Assembly (NCBI RefSeq): GCF_006345805.1
Contig: NC_043009.1
Coordinates: 48,298,001-48,362,000 of the forward strand
Length of the DNA: 64,000 bases
Direction of reading: 5' to 3'
Source: Octopus sinensis
Lineage: Eukaryota
Shown here: in pieces, positions 50,641 through 64,000 of the stretch
Position numbering within the stretch: the stretch's first letter is position 1
Layout: each line of letters begins with the position of its first letter
The notes under the pieces: model-generated
Seen by the model: only the letters and a program-made list of their open reading frames with translations
What the model was told of the DNA's origin: nothing
Databases searched by the model: none
Program-made: the position numbers and the translations under genes

Positions 50641-51486
50641 AAGGGTAGAGGATCCAATCGATGTTATTCATCCCTGTACTTTAAGAGCACTTTCTATTAT
50701 CAAGGCTGAAAAGATAAACAGCAAAGCTGACGTCGGTGATATTTGAACCCACTACGTAAAGAGCCAGAATAAATATCACAAATCGTTTTTTTCCGACGTT
50801 GCATCAATTCTCCGCAACCAAGTATTCGTTTCTCACAATCAGCTGTACTGCGTTGTGCGTGGGTCATTGGATGCATCGAGGCGTCACCTTTTTCGAAGAA
50901 GGAGGTTCGATTTTGGGGTTAGCATTGTATGAAAAGCGCCACAGACACCAAGGGCTACTATGGATCTATATGGACTAGTGTGGTATATAGCGTGGACTTG
51001 TTGAAACGAGTAATTAATTACTGAGTCGTTTTATCATTAATATAAACATCATCCCGGGGGAAACTAATCTATTGCTAGGCATCCAAGAAATGGTAGCGAG
51101 ATATACTTGAAATCACATCGTTTTCCTTCGAAAGAAGGATAGACATAGATAAGAATGTAATGTAAGAAGTACTATGAAGACTTGACTTGCTTACTTGCAG
51201 TTAGAATACCCCTTCACATACATCAGTCATCTGATCAGGGCCAGGACATTCACGCGTGATTCAGAATTACTTGATAACATGTACTCCACTTTCGCTAATT
51301 GCTTTTGGTGCAAACGCAAACATTCTCTCAGTTCACCCACTATTGACTCAGCGGAAAAGTCAGGAAAATAAGAGGAGGAGGAAGAGGGTGACGGTGGGGT
51401 GGAAAGAAGGGGAGACAGACAGTCAGATACAGACAGACAGATAAGCAGACATACTGAGTAAAATATAGAAAAAGAGAGCGAGCTGT

Positions 51487-51929
51487 TACTTTATCGATCA
51501 CGAAAGGATGGAGGACAAAGTTGACTTCGGTGGGATTTTAAGTCAGATTACAGAGAACGGAAACGAATACCGCAAAGCATTTACTCCGACGCCCCTAACG
51601 ACTCTGCCTCTCGACTCTCTTAATCAGGGATAAAATTCATTTACTCTGGAAGAAAGATACACTGAATAGAATTAAGTGTCATAATGGTAACTTATTGACA
51701 CTTTCTTATTTCTTTATTGCCATCAAGGGGCTAAAAATAGAGGGGACAAACAAAAACAGACAAAGGGATTAAATCGATCCCAGTGCATAACTGGTACTTA
51801 ATTTATCGACTCCAAAAGGATGAAAGGCAAAGACGACCTCGGCGGAATTTGAACTCAGAATGTAACGGCAGGCGAAATACCTCTAAGTATTTCGTCCAGC
51901 GCGCTAACGTTTCTGCCAGCTCGCCACCT
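51487..51929 (-). mobile_element. Two SINE family B copies (partial ~51487-51610; full ~51702-51929 with Tx1-like tail)
   Basis: Core atcgac...aaaggatgaaaggcaaag...cggcggaatttgaactc; tail ccccttgatggcaataaagaaat on the minus strand. Confidence 0.85.
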
Positions 51930-52817
51930 TTTAACAGTTGAGACTTATCAAGACCTATGAACAAAATGTTTTATTTATGACCACCAGTCTTTTGTTTTGT
52001 TTTTGTTTTTGTTTTTTGGCAGAGCTATATATCTCCCTTTTAAAAATCGTAGTATGTGATTCGAGTTGATTTCAGATTTGGCTGTTATTTCTAGCAGGAC
52101 ATGCCACTGAAAGGACGTTCTCTCATTGGCTCGATGCAATAATCCAAACCACGAAGAGGCTAAACTTCCAAGCAATAGAAAGCTTAACTTTGCTGTGGGG
52201 GAAGATCTATTATTAATGTATTAATGTTTGGGTGGGTCTAAATAAATTCAGTTTGGTTTTAGCAGCAGTTAGTGTTGATATTTAGTTCGACATGGTTGTC
52301 TGGCACATCATAGACACAGCCTCAGGCGCCGAAACTGATAAACAACGGCAACAACAACCAGCAATAGCCACAACAGCAACAGCAGCAACAACAACAAATC
52401 AGCAACGGTGATGGGAAGGAAATGTAAATAAGCTACAATTTGCCTGTTAGAAAAGTCCATTTTCTCATATCATTTAACAGTTCTTATTATTTATTTATAC
52501 TTGCCTTATTTATTTATTTACTTTTTTTTCCTTTTCGCTCCTTTCAGAAGAAAATTCTAATTTTCCCTCTAACCCCATTAAGATAAATTAGCCGACATTT
52601 TGATATGTAACCGAAATTGTTTGTGACATGGCATTGGTTAAGAACATCATCGAGTCTATGTTACGCGTTAAGGTGGTGAAGACGAAGGCAATGGCGCTTG
52701 TTCATTAGTTAACTACAACATATCTTTCCAGAGATACCAAGTAAAATTCCTGCTATCAATTAAGGACGAAATTACACATCTCTGAGTCATTTGGGGGGAG
52801 AGAAATTCTTGGTAATA

Positions 52818-53130
52818 TTATTTTCTCAAGAATAGATTGCTACAGTGACAGAAATGGTAAAATGCCAATCTATTTCTTTGAGATGAGATTCTTAGTATGG
52901 CAAAAAAAAAATGTTTTGGTGGTAGAATATTGGTCTATTTTCTCAAAAATAGATTGCTTCAGTGAGGGAAATGGCAAAATGCCGGTCTATTTGTTCAAGA
53001 TGAGATTCTTAGAATGGAAAACATGGCTTAGATGAAGACTTGTAGACTATTTTCTCAAGAATAGCATGCTGAAGTGGGAAAAGTAATTAATGCCGATCCA
53101 TTTTCTCAAAGTGAGACACATAGAATGGCA
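52818..53130. repeat. Three diverged tandem units of ~112-117 bp
   Basis: Units start at ~52818, 52935 and 53047 with tattttctcaa-aatag, then aaatgcc-tctattt and tgaga-ttcttag-atgg. Confidence 0.75.
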
Positions 53131-53185
53131 CAAATGATTAAATTTTAAAATTCCAGTCTAAAATATACTTGCAGTACATAATTAT

Positions 53186-53599
53186 ACTCTTTTACTCTTT
53201 ATTTTACTTGTTTCAGTCATTTGACTGTGACCATGCTGGAGCACCGCCTTTAGTTGAGCAAATCGACCCTAGGACTTACTCTTTGTAAGCCTTGTACTTA
53301 TTCTATCGTTCTCTTTGGTCGAGCCGCTAAGTTACGGGGACATAAACACACCAGCATCAGTTGTCAAGAGATGTTGGGGGGGGGGACAAACACAGACACA
53401 CAAGCATATACACACACATATATATACATATATACGACGGGCTTCTTTCAGTTTCCGTATACCAAATCCACTCACAAGGCTTTGGTCGGTCCGAGGCTAT
53501 AGTAGAAGACACTTGCCCAAGGTGCCACACAGTAGAACTGAACACGGAACCATGTGGTTGGTAAGCAAGCTACTTACCACACAGCCCCTCCTACGCCTA
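53186..53599 (-). mobile_element. SINE family A (full length, young-looking)
   Basis: Close reverse-complement match to 24065-24468. Confidence 0.92.
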
Positions 53600-54424
53600 T
53601 AAGCCGTATAATCATTTATAGCCTGAAATCAAACTCCACAATGAAGGTGGATCCTGCATTGTCATCGACTGAGAATCGAAAAAAATCAAGAACCAGATAA
53701 ATATTATAGCTCGATTCAAGAGGACCTTCAAGTGGATAATGAAGCTACTCGAAATAGCAGCCAAACATCCACCGATCATCTATTATCAAGTAAAAAATAA
53801 GCAAGTACACATTGGATAAAATAGTAGTGTTAGGTTATATTCTGTGAAAATAAGATGAGGCTGTTTAGGTGCTGGAATACTTCGAAATATTAAGCGTACT
53901 TGATCAGATCTGACTTGGAACTAAGTAGAAAAAATACAAACAAAAATCAACGAAAGAATTTTGTCATCACTTTGGAATATATGAAATAATAAATGATAAC
54001 AAAGTATAGGGGTTCAATTTATGCTGCTTTGGTTTGTTCTTTTTCTTTCATTTTTATTTGGTCAGGAACAAGGAGGTTTATGTCCTTGTTTGTGTCCCTA
54101 CCAGATGAGTGAGATCCATTCACATTAGGTCCCTCTTGAGCAGTTTTATGTCGATAGTTGATGAAAAACTGTGTGTAGAGGATAAATTCTACAAACGAGT
54201 GTAAAATTGCGTTCTATGGTAGAGGGACTAATGACTGACCAGAGAGGATACAATAATAATGGCAAGTCAAGGAGGGGTAATAGAGTCGAATGTGTGTTAG
54301 TGAAGATGGACCGATACCAGCCAGTTGTTAAAAACTCGTGTTACTGTAGTATCGGTAGAAAACGATAAAGAGATGAGACGGCAACCCCTTTCGGGAACAA
54401 AAATGTCCTGGTCTGAAATAGAAA

Positions 54425-54810
54425 GTGTTATTCCATCACATGATTAGGGTGTTGGGCTCACAATCATGACATAGTGAGTTCGATTCCCGGACTGGGCTGT
54501 ATGTTGTGTTCTTCAACAAGACACTTTAATTCACGGTGCTCCGGTTCACTCGGCTGTGGAAATGTATCGTCCTTTGCTTTTCCCTTGGATAACACCAGTG
54601 GCGTGAAGAGGGGAAGAGGCCTGGACGATTGCTGGCATTCCCCAAAAATAAGGTTTTCTGGACTTGTGCCTTGAAGGGGAACCTTGTAAGTGCAATCCCA
54701 TGTTCATTCATGAGCGAAGGAGGTCTTTACCCATCACATTTGGTTGGCTGGAGAATTTTGGAAACTGTTGAATAGTGCATTATTGCCGTGAACACAACTC
54801 TTTAGGATTG
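54425..54810 (+). mobile_element. Diverged tRNA-derived SINE with CORE-like central domain
   Basis: B-box gagttcgattccc, then gttgtgttcttcaacaagacactttaattcacg..ttcactcggctgtggaaatg, which resembles the CORE (MIR-type) domain. Confidence 0.5.
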
Positions 54811-55899
54811 ATCACTCTGCAAGTAATAACAGTCAATTTTCTTCTGGTTATCACCGTCTTCGGTTTTAGAAAAAAGACATATTGGACAATGCGTATGGGG
54901 AATAAAATGGGGGATAGTCAGTACTAGAACGCTTTTGATTGAGGTTCTGTTCAGTCAGTGTTTACCTGTAACTAAACAGCAACAACAACAACATTCAATA
55001 TATTTCATTACATCAACGATAGAAAACAATATGTCACAACAGGTACGATGAATAAAAGGGATAGAATTGATAAAATGCTGGACTAAATGCGTCCAGGTGC
55101 GTAATTGCGCAACTCTAAATTTTAAGTTAAAATAATCCAAACTAACATGACTTTGTATTTTCAGTTTTTTAAGATTCGATATAAAAAAAAAGAAAAAAAG
55201 AGCCGCCCTTTTTAGATCTACGTTCAAACCACAGGGAATGCAAATTTGTCATATCAAACCCCACTGGCTTAGAAAACACGAAAAGAAGCAGCATAGAACA
55301 AACAATAAGGGCCGTCTTAACAGTAATCCATCAGGTAGAGGATTCCAATAAGAGCTACGTAATATATTTATTGGCTTCAAATTCTGACACAAAGCCAGCA
55401 ATTCCGGAGGAAGGGGCTAAGTCGGTTACAACGACTTCAGTGCTCAGGGGTTGGCAAAGTAAGTGCTAAATGAGTACCGGGATCGATGAAATCGACTCGC
55501 CCTTATACTTGGGCTTGCTAACCTTATGCCACAATTTGAAATCAATATCAAACAGTCGAAGATGCAATTGATTTCGTAGTTTCCAATTTCAAATCTGGGC
55601 ATTATCGACCGTACCATTCCCTTTTTACCAGACTTAACCGGTCCCATTATATAGATGTGTGTGTATGTGTGTGTGTGTGTGTGTGTAATTCGTTCTTGCT
55701 TCTTTGCGCTTTGAGTTCCAATACTACCGTAGCCTCCTTCGGTATTAGACTTAATCCGTCACCCCCCTTAACTGCGCTACCTACTACCTCGAGTGCCTTT
55801 AACGGAGTCTATTCTATGGCAAGAATTTGGGTCAGCTTGACAACTGGTGTTGGTTTGTTTACGTTCTCGCATGAGGGATCAATGCTATTTATTTCACGC

Positions 55900-56480
55900 T
55901 GGGCAAAATGCTTAGCGTCATTTTGTCCGTCCATCTTTACGTTCTGAGTTCAAATACCGCCGTGTTCAACTTTGCCTTTCGTCCTTTCAGAGTCGATAAA
56001 ATAAGCCACCAATCGCGGACTGGGGTCGTTGTAATCGACTTACCCCTCACCCTAAATTTCTGGCATTGAGCAAAAATTGGAAACCATTATTACTTTATTT
56101 ATTTCACTCCAGCCGAAATACTCAGCAGTATTTCGTCTGCCGTTACGTTCTGAGTTCAAATACTGCCGTGGTCGACTTTGCCTTTCATCCTTTCGGGGTC
56201 GATTAAATAAGTACCAGTTGAACACTGGGGTTGATATAATCGACTTAATCCGTTTGTCTGTCCTTGTTTGTCCCCTGCGTGTTTATCCCCTTGTGGATAG
56301 TAAAGAAATAGAAATAGGTATTTCGTCTGCCGCTACGTTCTGCGTTCAAATTCCGCCGTGGTCAACTTTGCCTTTCATCCTTTCGGTATCGATAAAATAA
56401 GGACCAGATGCATACTGGAGTCGTTGTAATCAACTTACCCCCTCAACTAAAGTTGCTGGTATTGTGCCAAAAGTTGATAG
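55900..56480 (+). mobile_element. Cluster of three same-orientation SINE family B units with two alternative tails
   Basis: The core repeats at ~55940, ~56145 and ~56335. The middle unit has the tail ccccttgtggatagtaaagaaat; the outer units end in cttacccc-tc...ctgg-attg-gc-aaaa. Confidence 0.8.
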
Positions 56481-57507
56481 CAATATCACTTACCTGTTCA
56501 TTTATTTATTGCTGTAACCTATTCAAAGGCGATAAGGCAACGACTTAGCTATCCTTTACACAAAAATCTAACGTTGATGGCTGGCAGAAAGTAAAATGCT
56601 CTCACACCAAAACCATAACCCGAAGTCTTACAACAGAAATGACTCCGCTGAAGACAGCCCCAAGGGAAATGAAGCGATAGTGTTAAGCCGAAGAACTAAC
56701 AGAGAAAGAAGCAATTACTGTCTGAAATACTTGGTAAACCCTTTCACACGTCATATTCACAACAACCAGAGAAATATGTCAACGTATATCATTTTCAGAA
56801 CTTACTGGAATGTCTATCGCTCTTCGACATATATTTTATTTTATTTTATTTTATATCCTTCATAGAATTTCATTGCTTAATATTTCTTCACATGAAAATA
56901 ATGGCTTTTTTACTTATTTCCTCTATTTCATTAAGTGGGTAACATCACTTGTTATAACACTAGCAGTAACATAGATTTATATGTATAATGTCATTTGGCT
57001 TGTATGCATATATATATATGTGTAACACACATACATATATATAACACTATATCTAGGTTTACATGTGTGTGTGTGTGTGTGCGTGTGTGTATATCTGTAT
57101 GTAGGATAGATTAGTGTTTGAGTGTATACATACAGACGAGGCGCCAACACACGGACATTTGGTGACTATCTATATATGAGTATATATGTGTATGGGTATA
57201 TATATGTATGTATGCGTGTATATATATAGAGAGAGAGACAGACAGACAAACAGGCAGACAGACAGACAGAGAAAGAGAGAGAGAGATGTATGTAAATAAA
57301 TATTTTCATTACATCTTTAATTGTAAATGTGTAAATACTCATATATGTATGTGTGCATGTGTGTGTATATATATACACAAGTATACATTTACTTATATAT
57401 ACATACATATATACATAAACACGTATACACCTATATATGTGTGCGTATATATATATATTATATATTATTATATATATATATGTAATATATATTATATATA
57501 TATATTT

Positions 57508-57539
<32 letters not shown>

Positions 57540-58963
57540 CATCCACACACACAACACACACACACACACACACACATAATATATATATATATATATATAT
57601 TACACGCACACATATAGGTGTATAGATGTTTCGTATGTGGGTGTCAGTGTTTCGAGCGTTCAAATGTTATTCTTTTATCTCCCACACCTCTCCGCCCCCT
57701 TCATTACATCCCCCATTCACCACCACCTTCCCCTGTTCCTCCCACTTCTCATTGAGTTTTCTTGCTCTTTCTCTTACTCTTTCTTCCCCCTCTCTTCTAT
57801 GCCCACTACGCTTCTCTGCATCCCCTCCCACTTTCACCGCATCACATACAAACACACACACACACTAATTTCCAGGACTATTGGTGCTGATAAGGGTGGA
57901 AGTAGAGCCACCGTCGGAGAAACCAGCTATCCATTAGATCTTAGATATCTTCGCTGACGAATTAGTAGGAGGAGTGGGAGGTGAGAGGAGGTGAGAGGGG
58001 GAGAGGGATGAGAGGGTAAGAGTAGAACGATGCGTAGCAGATAAAGGTAAGTATTGATGATGATGATGATGATGATGATGATGCGGACAATGAGGAGGAC
58101 GAGTAGGAGGAGGAGGAGGAGGAGGGTTGAAATGGAGAATGTGATGGATTTGTTGACGAATATGTCGTTGTTGTGGCTACTAACGACAACCATGACGACA
58201 ACGGCAGAAACTACAAGGACGATGGTGGTGGTTTTGATGGTGGTGGTGGGGGTGGGGGTAGTGAGGGTGGTGGTGATGAGACTGGTACGCTTGTTCATGT
58301 TGTTGCTGATGTTGGTGATCGTGATGATGACGATGACGACGACGATGATGACGACGACGATGATGATGATGATGAGGAGGAGGAGGAGGAGGAGGAGGAT
58401 GACGACGATGATGACGATGATGACGATGAGAAACGGTGATGAAGACAGTGGTGATAACGATGGCAACAACGGCGACGAGGATTATCATGATGATCGTGAT
58501 AATGATGCTGGTGATGATGATCATGATGATGATGTTGTTGTTGTTGTTATTGGTTACATGTGGGAAACAGCAGTGAAAACAATGGCAACAAAATCTTCGT
58601 CCTCTGAGGGACTTATAGAACGATGGACGTCAGTCTCATCTTTGATCGTGTGGCGAAGAGCCACTCTGCTCCGACTCCCCCACTTTAAAAAGCAAGGATT
58701 TCTACCTCGTTTCATCGTATCTCGGTTTGTTAGTTGTGATGGTACTTTTGGTGGATGCACAGACTCAAATAATCCTCAAGTGGTAACATGAAGATAATAT
58801 GAAAATCTTGGTAGAGTATTAACTATGCCTCAAGAGCTGGGCGTGAACAGGGATTGAACACTTGATCTGAAAAGATCAACAAATGCTCAAAAAGATCCCG
58901 GAAGTAATCAACATCTAGATGTGTGTATTGGCCGAAGGACAAGTTTCAACTGCCGCAGTTACT

Positions 58964-59356
58964 AGTGGAGGCGCAATGGTCTAGTGGTTAGGGCAGCGGA
59001 CTCGCGGTCGTAGGATCGTGGTTTCGATTCCCAGACCGGGCATTGTGAGTGTTTATTTAGCGAAAACACCTAAAGCTTCACAAGGCTCCTGCAGGGGGTG
59101 GTGGTGAACCCTGCTGTACTCTTTCACCACAACTTTCTCTCACTCTTTCTTCCTGTTTCTGTTGTACCTGTATTTCAAAGGGCCAGCCTTGTCACACTCT
59201 GTGTCACGCTGAATCTCCTCGAGAACTACGTTAAGGGTACACGTGTCTGTGGAATGCTCAGCCACTTGCACGTTAATTCCACGAGCAAGCTGTTCCGTTG
59301 ATCGTATCAGCTGGGACCCTCATCGTCGTAACCGACGGAGTGCTCCTATATATTTA
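58964..59356 (+). mobile_element. tRNA-Arg(TCG)-like SINE (family C) with 8-bp target-site duplication
   Basis: Head ggcgcaatggtctagtggttagggcagcggacTCGcggtc...gtttcgattccc; the direct repeat CAGTTACT lies at 58956-58963 and 59357-59364. A diverged relative lies at ~17140-17430. Confidence 0.85.
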
Positions 59357-59669
59357 CAGTTACTGACCATATCAGATTTGCTTTTATATAAAGTAAAATA
59401 GAAGACAAAAAAAATATCAAACAACAAATCACAAGAACAACAACAGCAGCAGCAGTAGCATCAGCTACTACAACAGAGGCACCGGAGATCATAATGGGGC
59501 TGCGATATATACAGTATTTCCTGGACGGGGATCAGACGAGGTCGGAATTTCCTAGGTAGGATTTCCAACATTTTGTCTCTTTGAGGAAGTTGCGTTCCTA
59601 GATGGTATGAATATGAAGATTGGGTGTCTAGAATCTGGACTTGCTAATAATTTCTCAAAATTTTTTTTC

Positions 59670-59850
59670 TGTAAACTGTTTTTAACATTTTCTTATTATT
59701 ATTATCAAAGAATGTATACATGCATTGTAATTTTTTGTGTCCAATATTTTAATGAACTTTATATTTTCCTAAGATTTCTCCTTGTAAACTGTTTTTAACA
59801 TGTTCTTATTATTATCAAAGAATGTATATATGTATTTTAATATTTTGTGA
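59670..59850. repeat. Local tandem duplication, period ~113 bp
   Basis: tgtaaactgtttttaacat...ttattatcaaagaatgtata occurs at 59670 and 59783. Confidence 0.8.
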
Positions 59851-60004
59851 CAACCAGTACCAAAACACAACTATGCTTTTACATGTTACTTTTGACAATC
59901 TTTTTCTAAAAAAAGTGAAACCTGTCAAGTGAATAAACATCATTTAAAATTGCATTTTCAAACCTTCTTTCATATATATATATATATATATATATACATA
60001 CACA

Positions 60005-60171
60005 TATAGGACGTGCTTCTTTCAGTTTCCGTCTACCAAATCCACTCACAAGGCTTTGGTCGGCCCGAGGCTATAGCAGAAGACACTTGCCCAATGTGCC
60101 ACGCAGTGGGACTGAACCAGGAACCATGTGGCTGATAAGCAAGCTACTTACCACACAGCCACTCCTGCGCC

Positions 60172-60172
<1 letters not shown>
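60005..60172 (-). mobile_element. SINE family A, 5' half
   Basis: Near-consensus head and core on the minus strand. Confidence 0.9.
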
Positions 60173-60217
<45 letters not shown>

Positions 60218-60240
60218 TATTATTATTATTATTATCAACA

Positions 60241-60296
<56 letters not shown>

Positions 60297-60467
60297 GAGT
60301 GAGAGAGCAGTGCATGCCATCAAAGTGACACTGGGGTAAAATATACGAAGCCCAATATACCCATCATGACTACCCGTCTGATAAAAGTACACCAGGCAAA
60401 TGCATCACAACCATATGTGCGCGACATGGTGATCTCATATCAAGATAAACAGCACATGACCTTGCAG

Positions 60468-60468
<1 letters not shown>
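60297..60468 (-). mobile_element. Truncated copy of the TAA-embedded unit (37540-38094)
   Basis: Reverse-complement match; flanked by (TAT)n at 60172-60296 and 60469-60620. Confidence 0.85.
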
Positions 60469-60541
<73 letters not shown>

Positions 60542-61417
60542 CATTATTATTATTATTATTATTATTATTTATTATTATTATTATATTATTCTATTATTAT
60601 CATTATTATTATTATTATTGGGGTTGGTAGAGTAGCATAATGATGCATATGAAAGTGATAGACTAGTGGTGCTAGAAGAAGATAGGGACAACGGTAACGG
60701 TGTGAGATGATTCCAGTGTTTACTTGGTGGTGGCACTTTCTGGTGTGAGTGGACGTGACAATCCGCCTATGATGAGCATCAACAACAACAGCTACTACTG
60801 CTACTACTACTACTGCTACTACTACTACTACTACTACTACTACTCTGCTACTGCTGCTACTACGGCGATAATATAATTATCATTCCTTTATCACTATATT
60901 CATATTCAACGCTAATACAGATTTGTAATGGAAAGTGAAGAGGGAAAAAGTCCATTTCAACAGCGTCAGTAGAAAGTATGGTCGTAGTTTTGATGGTAGT
61001 AGTGGTCGGTGGTGGTGGTGGTGGTGGTGAAGGTGGTGGTGGTAGTGGTGGTGGTAGTGGTGGTTTTGGTGGTGGTGGTGGTGGTGATGGTAGTGATGGT
61101 GGTGAGGGTGATGGTGGTGGTGAAGGTACTGGAGGTGGTAGTGGTGATAGTAGTAGTAGTAGTAGTAGTAGATTCGATGATGATAGTGATGATGATGATG
61201 ATGAGATGATGATCATGATGGAGATCACGACGACGAGAATAGTGACGGTGAAGTTGGGATTGGCCATGATGTTTATGATCATGGGGGGAGGAGACGGACG
61301 AGGAGAAGGCTGAGGAAGGTTTTCTGACTCGCGAGTGCTTTGTCGCAACAGCATAGAGACATTATGTAAACACACAGACAACGTACATACGTATATATAT
61401 ACACATATATGCACGGG

Positions 61418-61480
<63 letters not shown>

Positions 61481-61886
61481 ATATATATATATATATACGC
61501 GTTATGATGACAAAGAACGTTGATTGGAACCATGTGGGTGCATGTGATATTAGTCTGTGTGTGTGTGGAAGCGTGTATGATATATATATATATATATATC
61601 TGTATTTATATAAACATATATATGTATAAAAGCATACATACAGTCACATAGATACATACATACATATACATATATACATACATAAATACATACATGCATG
61701 CATGCATGCACGTATACGCACCTCTCTCATGAAGCGTGTGTCTCTAAATAGCTTATGTTGTGAATGAAACGGCAAAGAAGAACGCTTGATAATAAAATGA
61801 TGGAGGGAAGAAAAATTTCGTGCGAAAAACAATGGCGACTGCAAGATATTTGCAGCATATAAGAGCTTTGGATTATATGATTGTTG

Positions 61887-61957
<71 letters not shown>

Positions 61958-62465
61958 GTTATTATTTTTATTTTTATTATCATTGGTGTTGTTTAGTGGC
62001 CAAAAAGGAAAAGAATAAAAAGCGAAAAACAAAAGCGTAATTGAATAAATTAACGATGAAAGAAATGAAAGAAATACTGCTGAAAAACAAACGGAATATC
62101 AAATATTCTATGGAATAAAAACTTGGATGAGACAATATATTCTGTCTGATCTTGTTATGATTTGTGAGGGGAGAAAGTCGTATAAGTAATGATCAAAATA
62201 TACTTAACAACTATCCACATCTCATAGTTTATTGCTAATAAATAAAATTCAGCGTTGATGTTTGATCAAGTGGGCGCGTTTCAGGCAAAAAAAAAAAATC
62301 TTACTGAAATTAAACACAACAATTTCGAGTCCAAGAAATTTCTTGCATTTTTCTCTATTTTTTTTTTTTAATTATTTTGTTATTATCATTTTAAATTGTA
62401 TTTGTTTCTTATTTTTGATATTCTGTTATATTTTTGGAATTTTTAGTGTGATAAAGTTTCGATGG

Positions 62466-62503
<38 letters not shown>

Positions 62504-62779
62504 TATTCTTTCCTTTTTTTAATAATTTCTTTCTCTCTGGAGTGAAGTCGGGTAGATTACGCAAAAGAAAAAGAAAAAAAAAAACATTGGTATTGAATTC
62601 ACAAATGTAATAAGAAATTCAATTAAAATGAACTTAAAAAATTGATTAAATTATATATAAAAACTGTTTTCGTATTTTATTTATTGAAATATAATTCTAA
62701 ATTCATTTTTTTAAGAAAAACTTTTATTGAACTTCGATACATTTTCAGATAAATCTTTTTAATTGCATTTGTATGTATC

Positions 62780-62798
62780 TATGATCTATCTATCTATA

Positions 62799-62893
<95 letters not shown>

Positions 62894-62939
62894 TTGTTTA
62901 TTCTAGCTATGTATCAATCTATCTGTTTATCTGTTTATC

Positions 62940-63010
<71 letters not shown>

Positions 63011-63115
63011 CATATATATATATATATACATATACGTGTGTGTGTGTCTATGTATGTATGTATGCATGTATGTATGTATGTATGTATGTATGTATGTATG
63101 TATGTATGTATACAC
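62780..63115. repeat. (TCTA)n then (TATG)n microsatellites
   Basis: Directly visible; no Tx1 insertion in this TATC array. Confidence 0.95.
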
Positions 63116-63159
63116 CTGTGTGTGTGTGTGTATTATTATTGTTGTTGTTTATTAAAGGC

Positions 63160-63350
63160 TGGTTGATTGGCAGAATCGTTATAGCATTGAAAATAATGAC
63201 TGGCTGTCTTTAAACTGCTTCTTTATATTCTGAGTTCAAAACCCGCTCAGCTCAACTATGCTTTTAATACCTTCTTAGCAGTCAAAACCTGACGTATGTG
63301 GTATCGACTTTGCTTTTTTAATCTTGTCGGTATCGATAAAATAAGTAAAA
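63160..63350 (+). mobile_element. Diverged SINE family B
   Basis: ttggcagaatcgttatagc...ttctgagttcaaa and gtatcgataaaataagta. Confidence 0.65.
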
Positions 63351-64000
63351 GTTTCAGACATTTTGCCTTGAATAGAATCAAAATAAGTAAATTTAATCAC
63401 CACATCAAAGTGGCTATTTCTTGTTACTACTAGTTTAACCCCAGGCAAATCTCCCACCAGCTGGTTGTCAGTGCAGCCCTGCACCCCTGTACATATATAT
63501 TGATAGTAGGGTAGCGATCCCCTACCATCCTACAGCAGACGACAGGATCATAAGACTGACTCAGTTTTGAGCTAGTTTGCTCCTTTTCAGTCGCGAACAC
63601 CTGGTCGCCAGAGAGATGACCGGAGTCCACTGCAGTCAGCAATATATTGTAACCAGAGCGACCATTGGTCACTGATTTGCAATAAACAAAGCGGCTAGTT
63701 ATAAAGTCTAAGGAAGCGATAAGAGTAATGACTATCAAAACAGCCATATTGAAAGCATTCCTAACTGTAAGGCTCGTTACCTCCGAATCACTCACATTTT
63801 TGTTTGTTTTAACTGTTGTCTTATAAAGACAATTGTCTAAACTTGTCTTCTTTTCTATTTGTGTTACACTAACCAGAAGTGAATCTAAGGTACTAGGTAG
63901 ATGCCCTTTTGAAATTAAAATCGTTACATGGTGATGAAACATCGACATTATGAGGAAAGCAAGCAGGGTTTGGACGCTGCCTTTCTAGTCTTATACCAAA

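Noticed and set aside
56645-56685. CTGAAGA-CAGCCCC-AAGGG possible hammerhead start
   Set aside because: The second core half and cleavage site are not recognisable.
58054-58791. 245-aa ORF with a unique-looking C-terminal part
   Set aside because: The first two thirds are GAT/GGT repeats; the unique ~80 codons show no recognisable motif or convincing splice pair.
58967-59040. Apparent tRNA-Arg(TCG) gene
   Set aside because: The acceptor stem does not pair, and the sequence continues into a ~390-bp body with an 8-bp TSD, so it is a SINE head.
60860-61420. Proline- or glycine-rich ORFs
   Set aside because: (GGT)n/(GAT)n simple repeats.

Overview
Eukaryotic, AT-rich, extremely microsatellite-rich genomic DNA. 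It is most likely an octopus or other cephalopod scaffold; this is inferred from the repeat landscape and tRNA-derived SINE families, not from a marker gene. There is one 100-N scaffold gap at 28278-28377, and no host protein-coding gene can be supported. Almost all ORFs in the supplied track are simple-repeat translations. Real coding content is transposon-derived: a near full-length Tx1/L1-clade LINE (5591-11660, +) with a 5'-truncated sister copy (48899-49620, -), three restriction-like-endonuclease (RLE) LINE 3' fragments, an RTE 3' fragment with three C2H2 fingers, a Penelope GIY-YIG fragment, two mariner remnants, a DD37D (maT-type) transposase remnant, three abutting inverted-repeat elements and many SINE copies. 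Highlights: (1) both Tx1 copies sit inside (TATC)n arrays, suggesting microsatellite targeting. (2) One SINE family shares its last ~50 nt with this Tx1 element, a candidate SINE-LINE partnership, yet does not sit in TATC. (3) The Tx1 3' UTR has a stem-loop with one compensatory change between the copies. (4) An inverted pair of minimal type-I hammerhead ribozymes lies at 13.5-13.8 kb. (5) Other retroelement families are each tied to their own microsatellite (TAA, TACA). Coordinates were read by eye; the edges of degenerate repeats are approximate.
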